Part shown: piece by piece, positions 10,794 to 20,845 of the stretch | Layout of the letters: every line of letters starts with the position of its first letter | Numbering within the stretch: the stretch's first letter is position 1 | Assembly (NCBI GenBank): GCA_965116925.1 | Contig: OZ220744.1 | Span: forward strand, 480,001-544,000 | DNA: 64,000 bases | Reading direction: 5' to 3' | Source: Candidatus Poribacteria bacterium | GTDB lineage: Bacteria > Poribacteria > WGA-4E > PCPOR2b | Translations under genes and position numbers: made by a program | Notes under the pieces: generated by a model | The model's database searches: none | What the model saw: only the letters and a program-made list of their open reading frames with translations | What the model was told of the DNA's origin: nothing

Positions 10794-11648
10794 GTGATGT
10801 TTATCAGTGCCCACATAACTGAATATAATCAGGACGGATACACCGTTTGCCCAAACTTCTTGACCTTAGACGAAGTTACCCAGTTACTCGCTGAAACTGA
10901 GAAGATTATCAACGGCAATACGCTCGCGAATCACGATAAAGATCGGATGGAAATGGAGCCAGATCAACCACCAAACGGGACAAAGGTGCGTCGCCTTTAT
11001 GAACCGTGCAGCTATTACCCGCTGTTCAGGACGTTATCTGAATCCGACAAACTGCTGGACGCTGTGGAGGGTTTGATAGGTCCAAATATCCTGTATCACT
11101 ACAGCAAACTTAATATGAAACCACCCGAAATCGGTTCAGTTGTGGAATGGCATCAGGACCTCTCCTACTATCCCCTGACAAATCGAGACTCGCTCGCTGT
11201 ACTGTTTTACCTCGATGATGCCGACGCAGAAAACGGCTGCCTACAGATGTTACCCGGCCGGCACGAAGGGGATCTGCTTGCTCATACGCGCGAAGGGTAC
11301 TTTCAGGGTAGAGCTACAGAAGTGGTTGATAGCTCAGAATCGGAGTTGGCTGCGGGCAAAGCCGGCACAGCAACCTTCATGCACTGCATGACTCCACACG
11401 CCTCAGTTACCAACCGCTCAAATCGTTCACGACGTACGCTGATTCTCAGTTACCGTGCCGCTGATGCTTTTCCCATCTACTATGGAGAGATGACGAGTCA
11501 TGTGGAAACGCATACACGGTTGGTCCGTGGACATCGGGCACAGATGGCGCGCTTTACGATGAAAGAATTCCCTGTCCCATACTACAAGGAGAGAAGTGCG
11601 TCACTTTATGAGTTACAGGAACGATCGCGGAAAGGAGAAATCAGATAG
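10794..11648 (+). CDS. phytanoyl-CoA dioxygenase (PhyH) family Fe(II)/2OG oxygenase
   Basis: WHQD, LDDADAENGCL, distal H in TPHAS, NRSNRSRR. Confidence 0.9.
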   Translation: MMFISAHITEYNQDGYTVCPNFLTLDEVTQLLAETEKIINGNTLANHDKDRMEMEPDQPPNGTKVRRLYEPCSYYPLFRTLSESDKLLDAVEGLIGPNILYHYSKLNMKPPEIGSVVEWHQDLSYYPLTNRDSLAVLFYLDDADAENGCLQMLPGRHEGDLLAHTREGYFQGRATEVVDSSESELAAGKAGTATFMHCMTPHASVTNRSNRSRRTLILSYRAADAFPIYYGEMTSHVETHTRLVRGHRAQMARFTMKEFPVPYYKERSASLYELQERSRKGEIR

Positions 11649-11715
11649 CTGAGACGAGTTGCAGTGAAGTCGACCAATCACGCCCTCCTGTCAGGATTCT
11701 ATCTACGGAAAACAG

Positions 11716-12954
11716 ATGTCAATCCAACTCATCCGACAAGTCTTCAACGGTAACCGACCACCGCCGAGAATGTGGCACTCACATGAACTGAAAGAACAGT
11801 ACGATGTCGTTATTATCGGTGGTGGGGCACATGGACTTGCCTGTGCCTACTATCTCGCCGAAGAGCACGGCATTACCGATGTGGCAGTGCTAGAAAAAAG
11901 CTACATCGGTGCAGGCGGCAGCGGCCGTAACACCGCAATTATCCGCAGCAACTACCTAACCCCAGAGGGTGTACGCTTTTACGACGAAAGCGTTAAACTC
12001 TATGAACAACTGTCGGATGAACTCAATTTCAATGTGATGTTCAGCCAACGGGGGCACCTGACACTCGCCCATACCGATGGCGGGGTAAATACCATGCGGC
12101 GGCGGGCGGAGGTCAACCAGATTGAAGGCGTTGATTCGCGGCTGATTTGGCCTGACGAAATCAAAAGTCTCTGTCCCTATCTCGATGTAAGCGACCATCC
12201 TCGCTATCCCATTTTGGCGGCACTCTACCATCCGCCCGGCGGTATCATCCGCCACGATGCGGTTGTCTGGGGTTATGCCCATCAAGCGGACGCGCGGGGA
12301 GTCCACATTCATCAAAACACAGAAGTAACCGGGATCAAGGTCAAGCGCGGAAAAGTGACCGGTGTGGAAACAAGCCGTGGTCCCATCAAAACCGGGACAG
12401 TTCTCAACGCGACTGCCGGCTGGGCTTCGACAATCACGGCAATGGTGGGGGTTAATCTGCCGTTGACCACTATCCCCTTGCAAGCCTGTGTGACTGAACC
12501 CCTCAAGCCGTTCTTGGATGTAGTTGTTGTTTCCGGCAGCCTGCACGTCTATATCAGTCAAACTGATCGGGGGGAGTTAGTGATGGGGGCAAGCGTAGAT
12601 CCTTTTTCCTCCTATTCGATGGCGGGTTCCCTCACATTCCTTGAGGGTATCGCGGGGCACGTCCTTGAACTTTTCCCGTCTCTGAGTCATGTCCGTATCC
12701 TGCGCCAGTGGGCTGGTATTTGCGAAATGCCTCCTGACTACAGCCCAATCATGGGGTTCACACCTGTCAATGGATTTCTGATAGATGTTGGTTGGGGCAC
12801 TTATGGTTTCAAGGCGTCCCCCATCGCCGGCAAGACCTTGGCAGAGTTAATCGCCACAGGCAAGACTCCAACTCTCATCGCCCCTTTCCGATTATCCCGT
12901 TTTGAAGAAAATGATCTGGTCGGTGAGAAAGGGGCCGCAGCGGTGGGGCACTAA
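11716..12954 (+). CDS. soxB: sarcosine oxidase subunit beta
   Basis: GGGAHGLACAYYLA, GRNTAIIRSNY, RHDAVVWGYA, GWGTYGFKA, C-terminal GAAAVGH. Confidence 0.92.
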   Translation: MSIQLIRQVFNGNRPPPRMWHSHELKEQYDVVIIGGGAHGLACAYYLAEEHGITDVAVLEKSYIGAGGSGRNTAIIRSNYLTPEGVRFYDESVKLYEQLSDELNFNVMFSQRGHLTLAHTDGGVNTMRRRAEVNQIEGVDSRLIWPDEIKSLCPYLDVSDHPRYPILAALYHPPGGIIRHDAVVWGYAHQADARGVHIHQNTEVTGIKVKRGKVTGVETSRGPIKTGTVLNATAGWASTITAMVGVNLPLTTIPLQACVTEPLKPFLDVVVVSGSLHVYISQTDRGELVMGASVDPFSSYSMAGSLTFLEGIAGHVLELFPSLSHVRILRQWAGICEMPPDYSPIMGFTPVNGFLIDVGWGTYGFKASPIAGKTLAELIATGKTPTLIAPFRLSRFEENDLVGEKGAAAVGH

Positions 12955-13206
12955 TAAGACACTTTTATTTTTAACGCAAGGTCGCAAAGAAAAAATATTA
13001 AAAAATCTTTGGCATGATGAAATTATAGTGAATTCAAAAAATAAAGAAACACTTGCGCCCCCCCGGTAGGTGCGGTTTGTAACCGCACCGGTTTGGCGTG
13101 TCCCATTAATTCTAAAATCTACTATAAAAGACTTGGCGCATGTTAAGAAATTGTGTAATAGGAACCGAGTTTTGAACAAAAAACTCGGTTTCTTATGGAG
13201 ATCAAT

Positions 13207-13473
13207 ATGTTACTTTTGACCTGTCCTAATTGTGGGGATCGAAATGTCAGCGAGTTCCGCTTTGGTGGAGAGCTCAGTTCGCGTCCCAAAGATCCTTCGG
13301 CCCTCAGCGATGCAGAATGGGCAAACTATCTGTACATGCGCAAGAATGTCCTGGAGGTGCAAACGGAGTGGTGGCATCATAACGCCGGATGCGGTCTATG
13401 GTTTCTAGCTGAACGGCACACACTGACCAATGAAGTGCTAAAGACTTACCCTTACGTGAAAAGGGAGGCGTGA
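13207..13473 (+). CDS. soxD: sarcosine oxidase subunit delta
   Basis: LTCPNCGDR..EFRFGGE, EWWHHNAGC; start at ATG 13207 with GGAG RBS. Confidence 0.92.
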   Translation: MLLLTCPNCGDRNVSEFRFGGELSSRPKDPSALSDAEWANYLYMRKNVLEVQTEWWHHNAGCGLWFLAERHTLTNEVLKTYPYVKREA

Positions 13474-13533
13474 AACGTGATGAGATATATCCCCATTGCG
13501 TCGTTCCCATGAAGCATAATAACTGGAGAATTA

Positions 13534-16467
13534 ATGCGAACTGAACAAGATACACTAACAATTAACCCTAATCGACTTCAGCCGAAGCAAGGTGAGGTGA
13601 TCGATCGCTCTACCACGATTCAATTCACTTTTGATGGAGTGGAATATACCGCCCACCCCGGCGATACTGTTGCTTCAGCTCTGACGGCAGCGGGTGTTAA
13701 AGTCTTGAGTCGCTCGTTTAAGTATCATCGTCCGCGTGGGCTGCTATGTTGTTCTGGACACTGTCCCAACTGTCTGGTGCAGATTGGAGATGAACCAAAT
13801 GTTCGTGCTTGTACCAGACCTGTCGAAGCGGGGATGGAGGTCCGGGCACAGAATGTTTGGCCCTCGCTTAATCGCGATCTGCTTTCGCTGACTCAACTGG
13901 GATCGCGTTTTATGCCGGTTGGGTTTTATTATAAGTCCTTCATCCGTCCCCAAAAGCTGTGGCCCCTTTACGAGCATACCTTACGCCATGCCGCTGGTTT
14001 GGGCGAGGTTGATATTGATACGCCCCTAGGCGTGTTTGACAAGCAATATCTGCATACCGATGTTGTCGTGGTCGGTGGTGGACCGGCAGGCATTAGTGCG
14101 GCATTGAGTGCAGCCGAAGCCGGTGCACAGGTGTTGCTTTTCGACGCGAACCCAGCCCTCGGGGGGCATCTTCGCTTCACTATTCCTCTGGAATCTGCCT
14201 CAACTACACAAGCATCCAAAGATTTACCGGAGTTATTAGAAGCAGTTAATCGGCAACCGAATATCACGGTTTTTACCGATACGAGTGTTCTGGGTTGGTA
14301 TCAGGACAACTGGCTTTGTGCTGTGAAGGCAGCACGTCTTTTTAAGATACGGATGAAATCGGTGGTTGTGGCGACCGGTGCCTATGAAACGCCGCTTATT
14401 TTCGATAATAACGATCTGCCGGGCGTTATGTTGGGGAGTGCCGTGCAGCGTCTACTTCACCTTTTCGGTGTCCTGCCCGGCGGACAGGTTGTGATTGTAA
14501 CTGCCAACGAGGATGGTTGGGATGTAGCCGCCGACCTTCAGTCGTCGGGGGTAAATGTGGCAGCGATCGTGGACGAGCGTGAACCCAACGCTTGTTTCAG
14601 TCCATACCGGGAGGGACTGACGAACGCTGGTATCCCGGTATTTTATCGACACACCATCCTTGAGGCTCTTGGTTCAAATGCAGTAAGAGGCGCGAAGATT
14701 GTGCGTCTCGACGAACGAGGTGAAATTATCCTCGCGACAGCACAATCGTTGCAGTGCGATCTTATCGTGACGAGCATGGGTTGGACGCCTGCTACTGAAC
14801 TTGCTTATATGGTGGGTGGAAAATCAGCATACGATGAAGATCGAGCGGAAACAGTACCGGTGTCTACCCCACCGGGCATCTATGTGGTAGGACGAGCAGC
14901 GGGCACACACGCCGTTGATTCCCAGATTGCTGAAGCACAGCAGGCAGGATCGAGTGCGGCTGCTTTTACGGGGTTCGGCGAATTCGATGAATTAACAGTA
15001 CAATCGTCTAGTGTTTCGGGACCGCGCCGTACCTCTGATCGGGTGTGCGTACCCGGCAAAAAGAAGGGATTCGTGTGTTATTGCGAAGATGTCACCGACG
15101 AAGACGTGGAAACAGCGATTGCGGAAGGTTACAATAGCATAGAGCTGCTCAAACGATACAGTACCATCTCAATGGGACCTTGTCAGGGTGCGATGTGTTC
15201 GATGAACACCATCCATCTCTGTGCCCGTGCCAACGGTTGGACAGTGCAAGAGACCGGCACCACCACTGCGAGACCGCCCACTACGCCGGTGACACTAGGA
15301 GCTTTGGCGGGACAAAACATGGAGCCCGTACAGACGACTCCGATTCATCAATGGCACCTGGATCACGGCGCAGAGATGATGGTCGCGGGGCTTTGGCTCC
15401 GTCCAAACCACTACGGTGATCCAGCGGCAGAAGCAATATGTGTTCGCGAACGGGTTGGTCTCATCGACGTAAGTCCGTTGGGAAAATTGCAGCTTACCGG
15501 TCCTGGTGTGCCTGAGCTACTGGAACGCATCTATACCAACCAGTGGGACAACCTCCGTGTGGGACGGGTGCGCTACGGTGTGATGTGTAACGATGAAGGT
15601 GTTGTGCTGAATGATGGAGTCTGTGCACATCTGAACGACGAAACGTGGTATATGACCACCACATCTACCGGTGCAACAACGATTTTTGAATGGCTGCAAT
15701 GGTGGTTGCAATCGGGATGGGGCGAAGGTATTCACTTAACCGACCTGACGGATACTTATTCCGCTTTCAACTTGGCGGGCCCTCAATCACGAGGGGTGCT
15801 AGAGAAATTAACAGACCGAAACCTCGCCAACAAGCCCTTCCCTTACATGCGCATCCGTTCCGCCAAGATCGCAGGTGTATCGTGTCGATTACTTCGGATC
15901 GGTTTCACCGGTGAGCTCTCCTATGAAGTTCACTGTCCGTCCGGTTATGCGCTGCATGTCTGGGAAGCGTTGATGGACGCGGGAAAAGAGTTTGGCATTG
16001 CCCCATTTGGTGTGGAGGCACAGCGCATATTGCGATTGGAGAAGGGGCACATTATCGTTGGACAGGATACCGATGCGATGTCCGATCCACTCTCCGCCAA
16101 TATGGCGTGGGCGGTGAAATTGAACAAGCCCGATTTTCTGGGAAAACCTTCACTGATGCGAATCTCTGCTGAAGGACCGAAGCAGCTTCTGGTAGGCTTC
16201 AAGATGGTTGACCCCGATGTTGTTCCCGCTGAAGGGTTACAGATTGTTGAGTCCGAAGCGGATGGACAGTTGAAAATTGTTGGCTGGGTCACTTCTAGTC
16301 GATTCAGTCCGACTCTTGAGGAGTCAATCGGACTCTGTTGGCTGCCGCCAGATATAGCATCTCAGAACGGTGCCTCCTTCACGATTCGTATGGACGGGCA
16401 TCTAGCAGAGGCGCGTGTCCATCACAGTGCCTTTTACGACCCCGACGGAGAAAGGTTACGCATGTGA
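13534..16467 (+). CDS. soxA: sarcosine oxidase subunit alpha
   Basis: RSFKYHRPRG, VVGGGPAG, KRYSTISMGPCQG, C-terminal GcvT-like domain (RIGFTGELSYE, LRLEKGH). Confidence 0.93.
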   Translation: MRTEQDTLTINPNRLQPKQGEVIDRSTTIQFTFDGVEYTAHPGDTVASALTAAGVKVLSRSFKYHRPRGLLCCSGHCPNCLVQIGDEPNVRACTRPVEAGMEVRAQNVWPSLNRDLLSLTQLGSRFMPVGFYYKSFIRPQKLWPLYEHTLRHAAGLGEVDIDTPLGVFDKQYLHTDVVVVGGGPAGISAALSAAEAGAQVLLFDANPALGGHLRFTIPLESASTTQASKDLPELLEAVNRQPNITVFTDTSVLGWYQDNWLCAVKAARLFKIRMKSVVVATGAYETPLIFDNNDLPGVMLGSAVQRLLHLFGVLPGGQVVIVTANEDGWDVAADLQSSGVNVAAIVDEREPNACFSPYREGLTNAGIPVFYRHTILEALGSNAVRGAKIVRLDERGEIILATAQSLQCDLIVTSMGWTPATELAYMVGGKSAYDEDRAETVPVSTPPGIYVVGRAAGTHAVDSQIAEAQQAGSSAAAFTGFGEFDELTVQSSSVSGPRRTSDRVCVPGKKKGFVCYCEDVTDEDVETAIAEGYNSIELLKRYSTISMGPCQGAMCSMNTIHLCARANGWTVQETGTTTARPPTTPVTLGALAGQNMEPVQTTPIHQWHLDHGAEMMVAGLWLRPNHYGDPAAEAICVRERVGLIDVSPLGKLQLTGPGVPELLERIYTNQWDNLRVGRVRYGVMCNDEGVVLNDGVCAHLNDETWYMTTTSTGATTIFEWLQWWLQSGWGEGIHLTDLTDTYSAFNLAGPQSRGVLEKLTDRNLANKPFPYMRIRSAKIAGVSCRLLRIGFTGELSYEVHCPSGYALHVWEALMDAGKEFGIAPFGVEAQRILRLEKGHIIVGQDTDAMSDPLSANMAWAVKLNKPDFLGKPSLMRISAEGPKQLLVGFKMVDPDVVPAEGLQIVESEADGQLKIVGWVTSSRFSPTLEESIGLCWLPPDIASQNGASFTIRMDGHLAEARVHHSAFYDPDGERLRM

Positions 16468-17150
16468 GCACCTCCAAAAACCCCATCAAGTTGACCCCTT
16501 TACACTCCATCGCCCAGCACTTGGGCGCGACGTTCACCGAACAGCGCGGTTGGCGTATTCCAGAGGTTTATACGACATCGGAGGCGGAAATTGCCGCCGC
16601 CCAAGGGAGCCTTGCCCTTGCTGATGAAACGCCGAATGGGAAACTGCTGCTTGAAGGAGATCAAGCCGAATCTGTATTGATGGATACTTTCGATTTAGAC
16701 TCCCTCAAAATCAACGAAGGATGCGATGGAATCTATCGCTTGCGAAATGACGTTTTTTTTATCAGTACGCCGCCCGGCAGAGAGGTTCGCACCCAGAGAA
16801 AGTTGACGACCACATTAAAAGCATCTGAACAGTTTGTCACAGTCACCGACATAACGCACGGACGAGCGGAGATCCGGGTGATTGGTCCTGATAGTCAGGA
16901 GCTTTTGAGTAAGGTGTGTGGATTGGATTTCCATCCTTCGGTGTTTCCAAATGAAACGGCGAAACAGAGCAGTCTCGCTAAGACAACACAGCTGATTATT
17001 CGCTGCGACATCGATGAATTAATGGCATTTTCCATTATCGGCACCCAGTCGTTGGGTCCCTATGTTTGGAATACTATGATGGAGGCGGGCAGAGAATTTG
17101 GAGTTGTCCCGATTGGCACGGCAGCGTTAGCTGCGCTGGCAGAGAAGTAA
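16464..17150 (+). CDS. soxG: sarcosine oxidase subunit gamma (with GcvT-like N-terminus)
   Basis: GTG start overlaps the soxA TGA; LTPLH, VTDITHGRAEIRVIGP, LLSKVCGLDFHP. Confidence 0.82.
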   Translation: MSTSKNPIKLTPLHSIAQHLGATFTEQRGWRIPEVYTTSEAEIAAAQGSLALADETPNGKLLLEGDQAESVLMDTFDLDSLKINEGCDGIYRLRNDVFFISTPPGREVRTQRKLTTTLKASEQFVTVTDITHGRAEIRVIGPDSQELLSKVCGLDFHPSVFPNETAKQSSLAKTTQLIIRCDIDELMAFSIIGTQSLGPYVWNTMMEAGREFGVVPIGTAALAALAEK

Positions 17151-17169
17151 ACAGGGAGGGAGACCGCCT

Positions 17170-19200
17170 GTGATGGCAAGGCAACTGACATGTGAAAACC
17201 TCACTGAATGTGGTTTGGACAGACTGACATCGGAGCAGCTGTTAGAGCGTATCAATCCGTTACTCGCATTGCGGACCGCCGCAGCATGTTGGGAGAAAAT
17301 TTCGCAAACCGTTTTAACCCCTGACCACCCATTTGCCCTTCATCAACTTCTCCACAATACAGTTTTTGCCGATTGGAAGGGACAGGCTGCCCCTGCTTGG
17401 TTTCCGGCGGAAGATAAAATTGAGAAAACAAACATCGCGGCGGTTATGCGGGAGTTAGATCTCGACTCTTATGAATCGCTCCATTCGTGGTCGGTGCACC
17501 ATCGCGCCGATTTTTGGGAATTGATGATTGAGCGGCTTGGGATTCAATTTCATCGGAAATTTAGTCAAGTGGTGGATGTGTCTAAGGGGGATGAATTTCC
17601 CAAGTGGCTTGTGGAGGCACGGCTTAATATCGTCGAGAGCTGCTTTAACGCACCAAGCGATGCTACGGCGATTGTGTTTCAGTCAGAGGACTCGACGCTT
17701 TCGACGATGACTTACGGCGAACTCAACGGATTGGTCAATCGGGTTGCCAACAGTTTGATGAACGCTGGCTTCCAGCCGGGCGATCCTATCGCCGTAAATA
17801 TGTCAATGCACCCCGAATCGGTCGCAGCCTATCTCGGTATCATCAAAGCGGGTTGCGTCGTGATTGCGATTGCGGACAGTTTTGCACCAGATGAGATCCA
17901 GATGCGTCTGCGTATTGCAAACGCGAAAGGGATTTTTACGCAAGACTATATCCGCCGTGCTGGAAGACAATTGTCGTTATATGCAAGGGTGGTTGACGCT
18001 AACGCGCCAAAAGCGATTGTCCTTTCCCGTGGGGAAGAGCATCAGATTGAATTGCGAAACGGTGATTTGACTTGGGAGGGGTTTCTTAGCGATAGGGACC
18101 GGTTTGATGCAGTTGACTGTGATCCGCATGATCACACGAATATTTTGTTTTCTTCGGGGACAACCGGAGAGCCCAAAGCGATTCCGTGGACACAAACCAC
18201 GCCGATTAAATGTGCCACAGATGCGTACCTACATCACGATATTCAGCGCGGAGATGTGTTGGCTTGGCCCACCAATCTTGGATGGATGATGGGGCCGTGG
18301 CTCATCTACGCGAGTTTGATCAACCAGGGTACGATTGCGTTATACGATGGCACCGCAACGGAAAGGGAATTTGGCGAGTTTGTGCAAAACGCTCGTGTTA
18401 CAATGCTCGGTGTCGTACCAAGTATAGTGAGGGCTTGGAAAAATAAGGATTGTATGAAAGGGCTTGATTGGCAGGCTATCAAAGCCTTCAGCTCCACAGG
18501 TGAGTGTTCTAACACGGAGGATATGCTGTTTCTGATGTCCACCGCGGGCTACCGTCCAATTATCGAGTATTGTGGCGGAACAGAGATAGGCGGCGGTTAT
18601 CTCACTGGCACGACTATCCAACCTGCCGCTCCGGCGACCTTTACCACGCCTGCTTTAGGATTGGATATAGTCATCTGTAATGAAGAAGGTCAACCAACGG
18701 ATAACGGAGAGGTTTTTGTGACATCGCCTTCTATTGGGCTTTCCACCGAGTTGCTAAACAGAGACCATCACGAGGTGTACTTTGAGGGAACTCCTCAACT
18801 ACCGAAGCTGCCGCCTCTTCGTCGTCATGGGGACGGGGTAGAACGGTTGGCTGATGGCTACTACCGCATCCACGGGCGCGTGGATGATACGATGAATCTC
18901 GGCGGTATCAAGATTAGTTCAGCAGAGATCGAGGGGGTTCTCAATTCGGTAAGTGGGATTCAGGAGGTTGCAGCGATTGCCGTGCCACCGCCCGACGGCG
19001 GTCCCAGTCAGCTGGTCATTTATGCTGTGTTGCTGCCGGGTGCAGATACCAATTTGCTGACCAATTCCCTACAATCGGCGATTCGAGAGCATCTCAATCC
19101 GCTGTTTCGGATTCATGATGTCGTTGTTGTTGATGCCCTGCCCCGAACCGCCTCCAACAAAATTATGCGCCGTATTTTGCGCGATGAGCGGGCCTGTTAA
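17170..19200 (+). CDS. AMP-binding acyl-CoA synthetase (acetyl-CoA synthetase-like)
   Basis: FSSGTTGEPK, EYCGGTEIGG, GRVDD, LPRTASNKIMRR. Confidence 0.9.
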   Translation: MMARQLTCENLTECGLDRLTSEQLLERINPLLALRTAAACWEKISQTVLTPDHPFALHQLLHNTVFADWKGQAAPAWFPAEDKIEKTNIAAVMRELDLDSYESLHSWSVHHRADFWELMIERLGIQFHRKFSQVVDVSKGDEFPKWLVEARLNIVESCFNAPSDATAIVFQSEDSTLSTMTYGELNGLVNRVANSLMNAGFQPGDPIAVNMSMHPESVAAYLGIIKAGCVVIAIADSFAPDEIQMRLRIANAKGIFTQDYIRRAGRQLSLYARVVDANAPKAIVLSRGEEHQIELRNGDLTWEGFLSDRDRFDAVDCDPHDHTNILFSSGTTGEPKAIPWTQTTPIKCATDAYLHHDIQRGDVLAWPTNLGWMMGPWLIYASLINQGTIALYDGTATEREFGEFVQNARVTMLGVVPSIVRAWKNKDCMKGLDWQAIKAFSSTGECSNTEDMLFLMSTAGYRPIIEYCGGTEIGGGYLTGTTIQPAAPATFTTPALGLDIVICNEEGQPTDNGEVFVTSPSIGLSTELLNRDHHEVYFEGTPQLPKLPPLRRHGDGVERLADGYYRIHGRVDDTMNLGGIKISSAEIEGVLNSVSGIQEVAAIAVPPPDGGPSQLVIYAVLLPGADTNLLTNSLQSAIREHLNPLFRIHDVVVVDALPRTASNKIMRRILRDERAC

Positions 19201-19224
19201 AACACGGCACACAGCGTGTGCCTA

Positions 19225-19692
19225 CTACTTTAGGATGAGCATCTTGCGGGTGGCGGAAAAATCGCCTGCCTCCAACTGGTAGAAATAGATGCTGCTTCCC
19301 ACTAGTTCGCCTAAGTCGTTGCGTCCATCCCAATGCGCTGCTTTTGTCCTTTCCGTGTAGTATCCTGCCTACTGATACCCCAAAGAGAGTTGACGGACGA
19401 CCATGCCTTTTGCATCACAGATGGTAAGCGTTACATCGGCAGCGTGGGCAAGGTGATAGGGGATCCATGTCTCCGGGTTAAACGGATTGGGATAGTTTGC
19501 GAACAAAACAGTTTCGGTGGGTGGGGAGCGCAGATCTGCGTTCTCTACGTCCGAGAGCAGACGGTAGAGATTCGCAATACCACGTTGGAAGATGGGCGAA
19601 CCGTCATCCGCTGTATGAGCCATGTCAATCCAGTTTTGAATGGTTGCGGCACGGAGTGCTGATGGATACCACACAAGATCGCTAGGTGCCAA
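19225..19692 (-). pseudogene. remnant of a C-terminal FlgD/Ig-like (secretion-tail-like) domain with internal TAG
   Basis: ANYPNPFNPETWIPYHL...LSLGYQ*AGYYTERTKAAHWDGRNDLGELVGSSIYFYQLEAGDFSATRKMLILK*. In-frame TAG at 19369-19371; no N-terminal domain or signal peptide. Confidence 0.8.
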
Positions 19693-19882
19693 AGGAACTG
19701 TTGATTCGCCCTAGACTTAATGCAGAATCGATCTCTGTGGCTAGGCCTGGGTTGAAGTCTGAGCAAAAGGAGGAGAGAAAAATCAACATCCATAGAGCAC
19801 AACGACACACAACCGCCTCCGATTTGGCATCAGGAACACGATTAGCAGATTTGCACCACTCATGCACACTTTTCATTTCTTT

Positions 19883-20668
19883 TCAATTTCCATTCCCATC
19901 TGGTTGCCGCAACAGTTCAATCAGCGATTCACGTTCTTGCTCGCTGAGAGTAGATGCGTCGAGGTTTTGGATGATTTTTTCCCAGCCAATGGCCTGGATG
20001 ACCTGTTCCGGCGGGAACAGGTCTAAAATGGCGGGTAGGTCAAGGTCAAAACCGCGTAGGCTTTCGAGATTCATTTCTTGTAACACCTCCTTGATAGCTT
20101 GGGGATGTAAGATGCTGATGAAGTTTCTCATCTCACCTAGCTCGTGATAATTTTCAACCAAAGACCGCACAATTTCCCTTTCACGCGCTAGGTCGCCTTT
20201 GTAAACCATCAACAGCGGAAGGGTTGCTGACGTAATTGGGAGGGTTGCGAGATCAATTTGATAGATTGGGAAGCGAGCGAGTGTGCCGCGCTGAACTCCC
20301 GGGCCAATTGGTATCAAGTCGTCGATGTAGAGCGGAAAATTACCGGCAAATTTGCTAGCAATGACCCACAGTGTGATTTGGTTACGGTCAACAATTTTCT
20401 GTTGCATCTGGTATAAGCAAGCATAGCTTTCGATTTGAGCAACAGTCGTCCAATTTGCCGTATCTCCCGCTCCTTTGAATTCCCCGATTGTCGGTTGTCC
20501 GAGATGGTTATACGGGTATGGAAGCGATTGAATCGGTACGCTCGGTTGAAACAGTAGATCCATTTCAAGCGGCATTTGTCCAAGTGAAATCGAGTCCTGT
20601 ATCTGGATTTGGTCGCTCAGAGAGTGTCGAAGAAATTGAGCGAGCAGCGGATGCCACTGGATAGCCAT
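19883..20668 (-). CDS. hypothetical protein, possible PD-(D/E)XK (Rpn-like) nuclease fold
   Basis: QWHP start, EMDLL...IGEFKGAGD...YACLY pattern; start at ATG 20668. Confidence 0.55.
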   Translation of the reverse strand: MAIQWHPLLAQFLRHSLSDQIQIQDSISLGQMPLEMDLLFQPSVPIQSLPYPYNHLGQPTIGEFKGAGDTANWTTVAQIESYACLYQMQQKIVDRNQITLWVIASKFAGNFPLYIDDLIPIGPGVQRGTLARFPIYQIDLATLPITSATLPLLMVYKGDLAREREIVRSLVENYHELGEMRNFISILHPQAIKEVLQEMNLESLRGFDLDLPAILDLFPPEQVIQAIGWEKIIQNLDASTLSEQERESLIELLRQPDGNGN

Positions 20669-20797
20669 CTTTTCGTTTTGATCGAACCTAAGAAGTGTGT
20701 AAGGGAGGGCACCGCTCCCCAGGGTCATTTAATCGGGCGGGGAAACCAGATGCCCCGCCTACGATTTCTATTGTATGATTTTTTAACATAAGCCAAT

Positions 20798-20841
20798 AAA
20801 AAACCGGTAGAAGCAGGTTGTGTTATGCTTCTACCGGTTTT
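20798..20841 (-). terminator. intrinsic terminator after the molybdopterin subunit gene
   Basis: Perfect 16-bp inverted repeat AAAACCGGTAGAAGCA/TGCTTCTACCGGTTTT with a U-run on the minus strand. Confidence 0.8.
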
Positions 20842-20845
20842 GCTT

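Noticed and set aside
19369..19371. Pyrrolysine or amber read-through
   Set aside because: The position is non-catalytic in a truncated domain and no pyl genes are in the window; a nonsense mutation is simpler.
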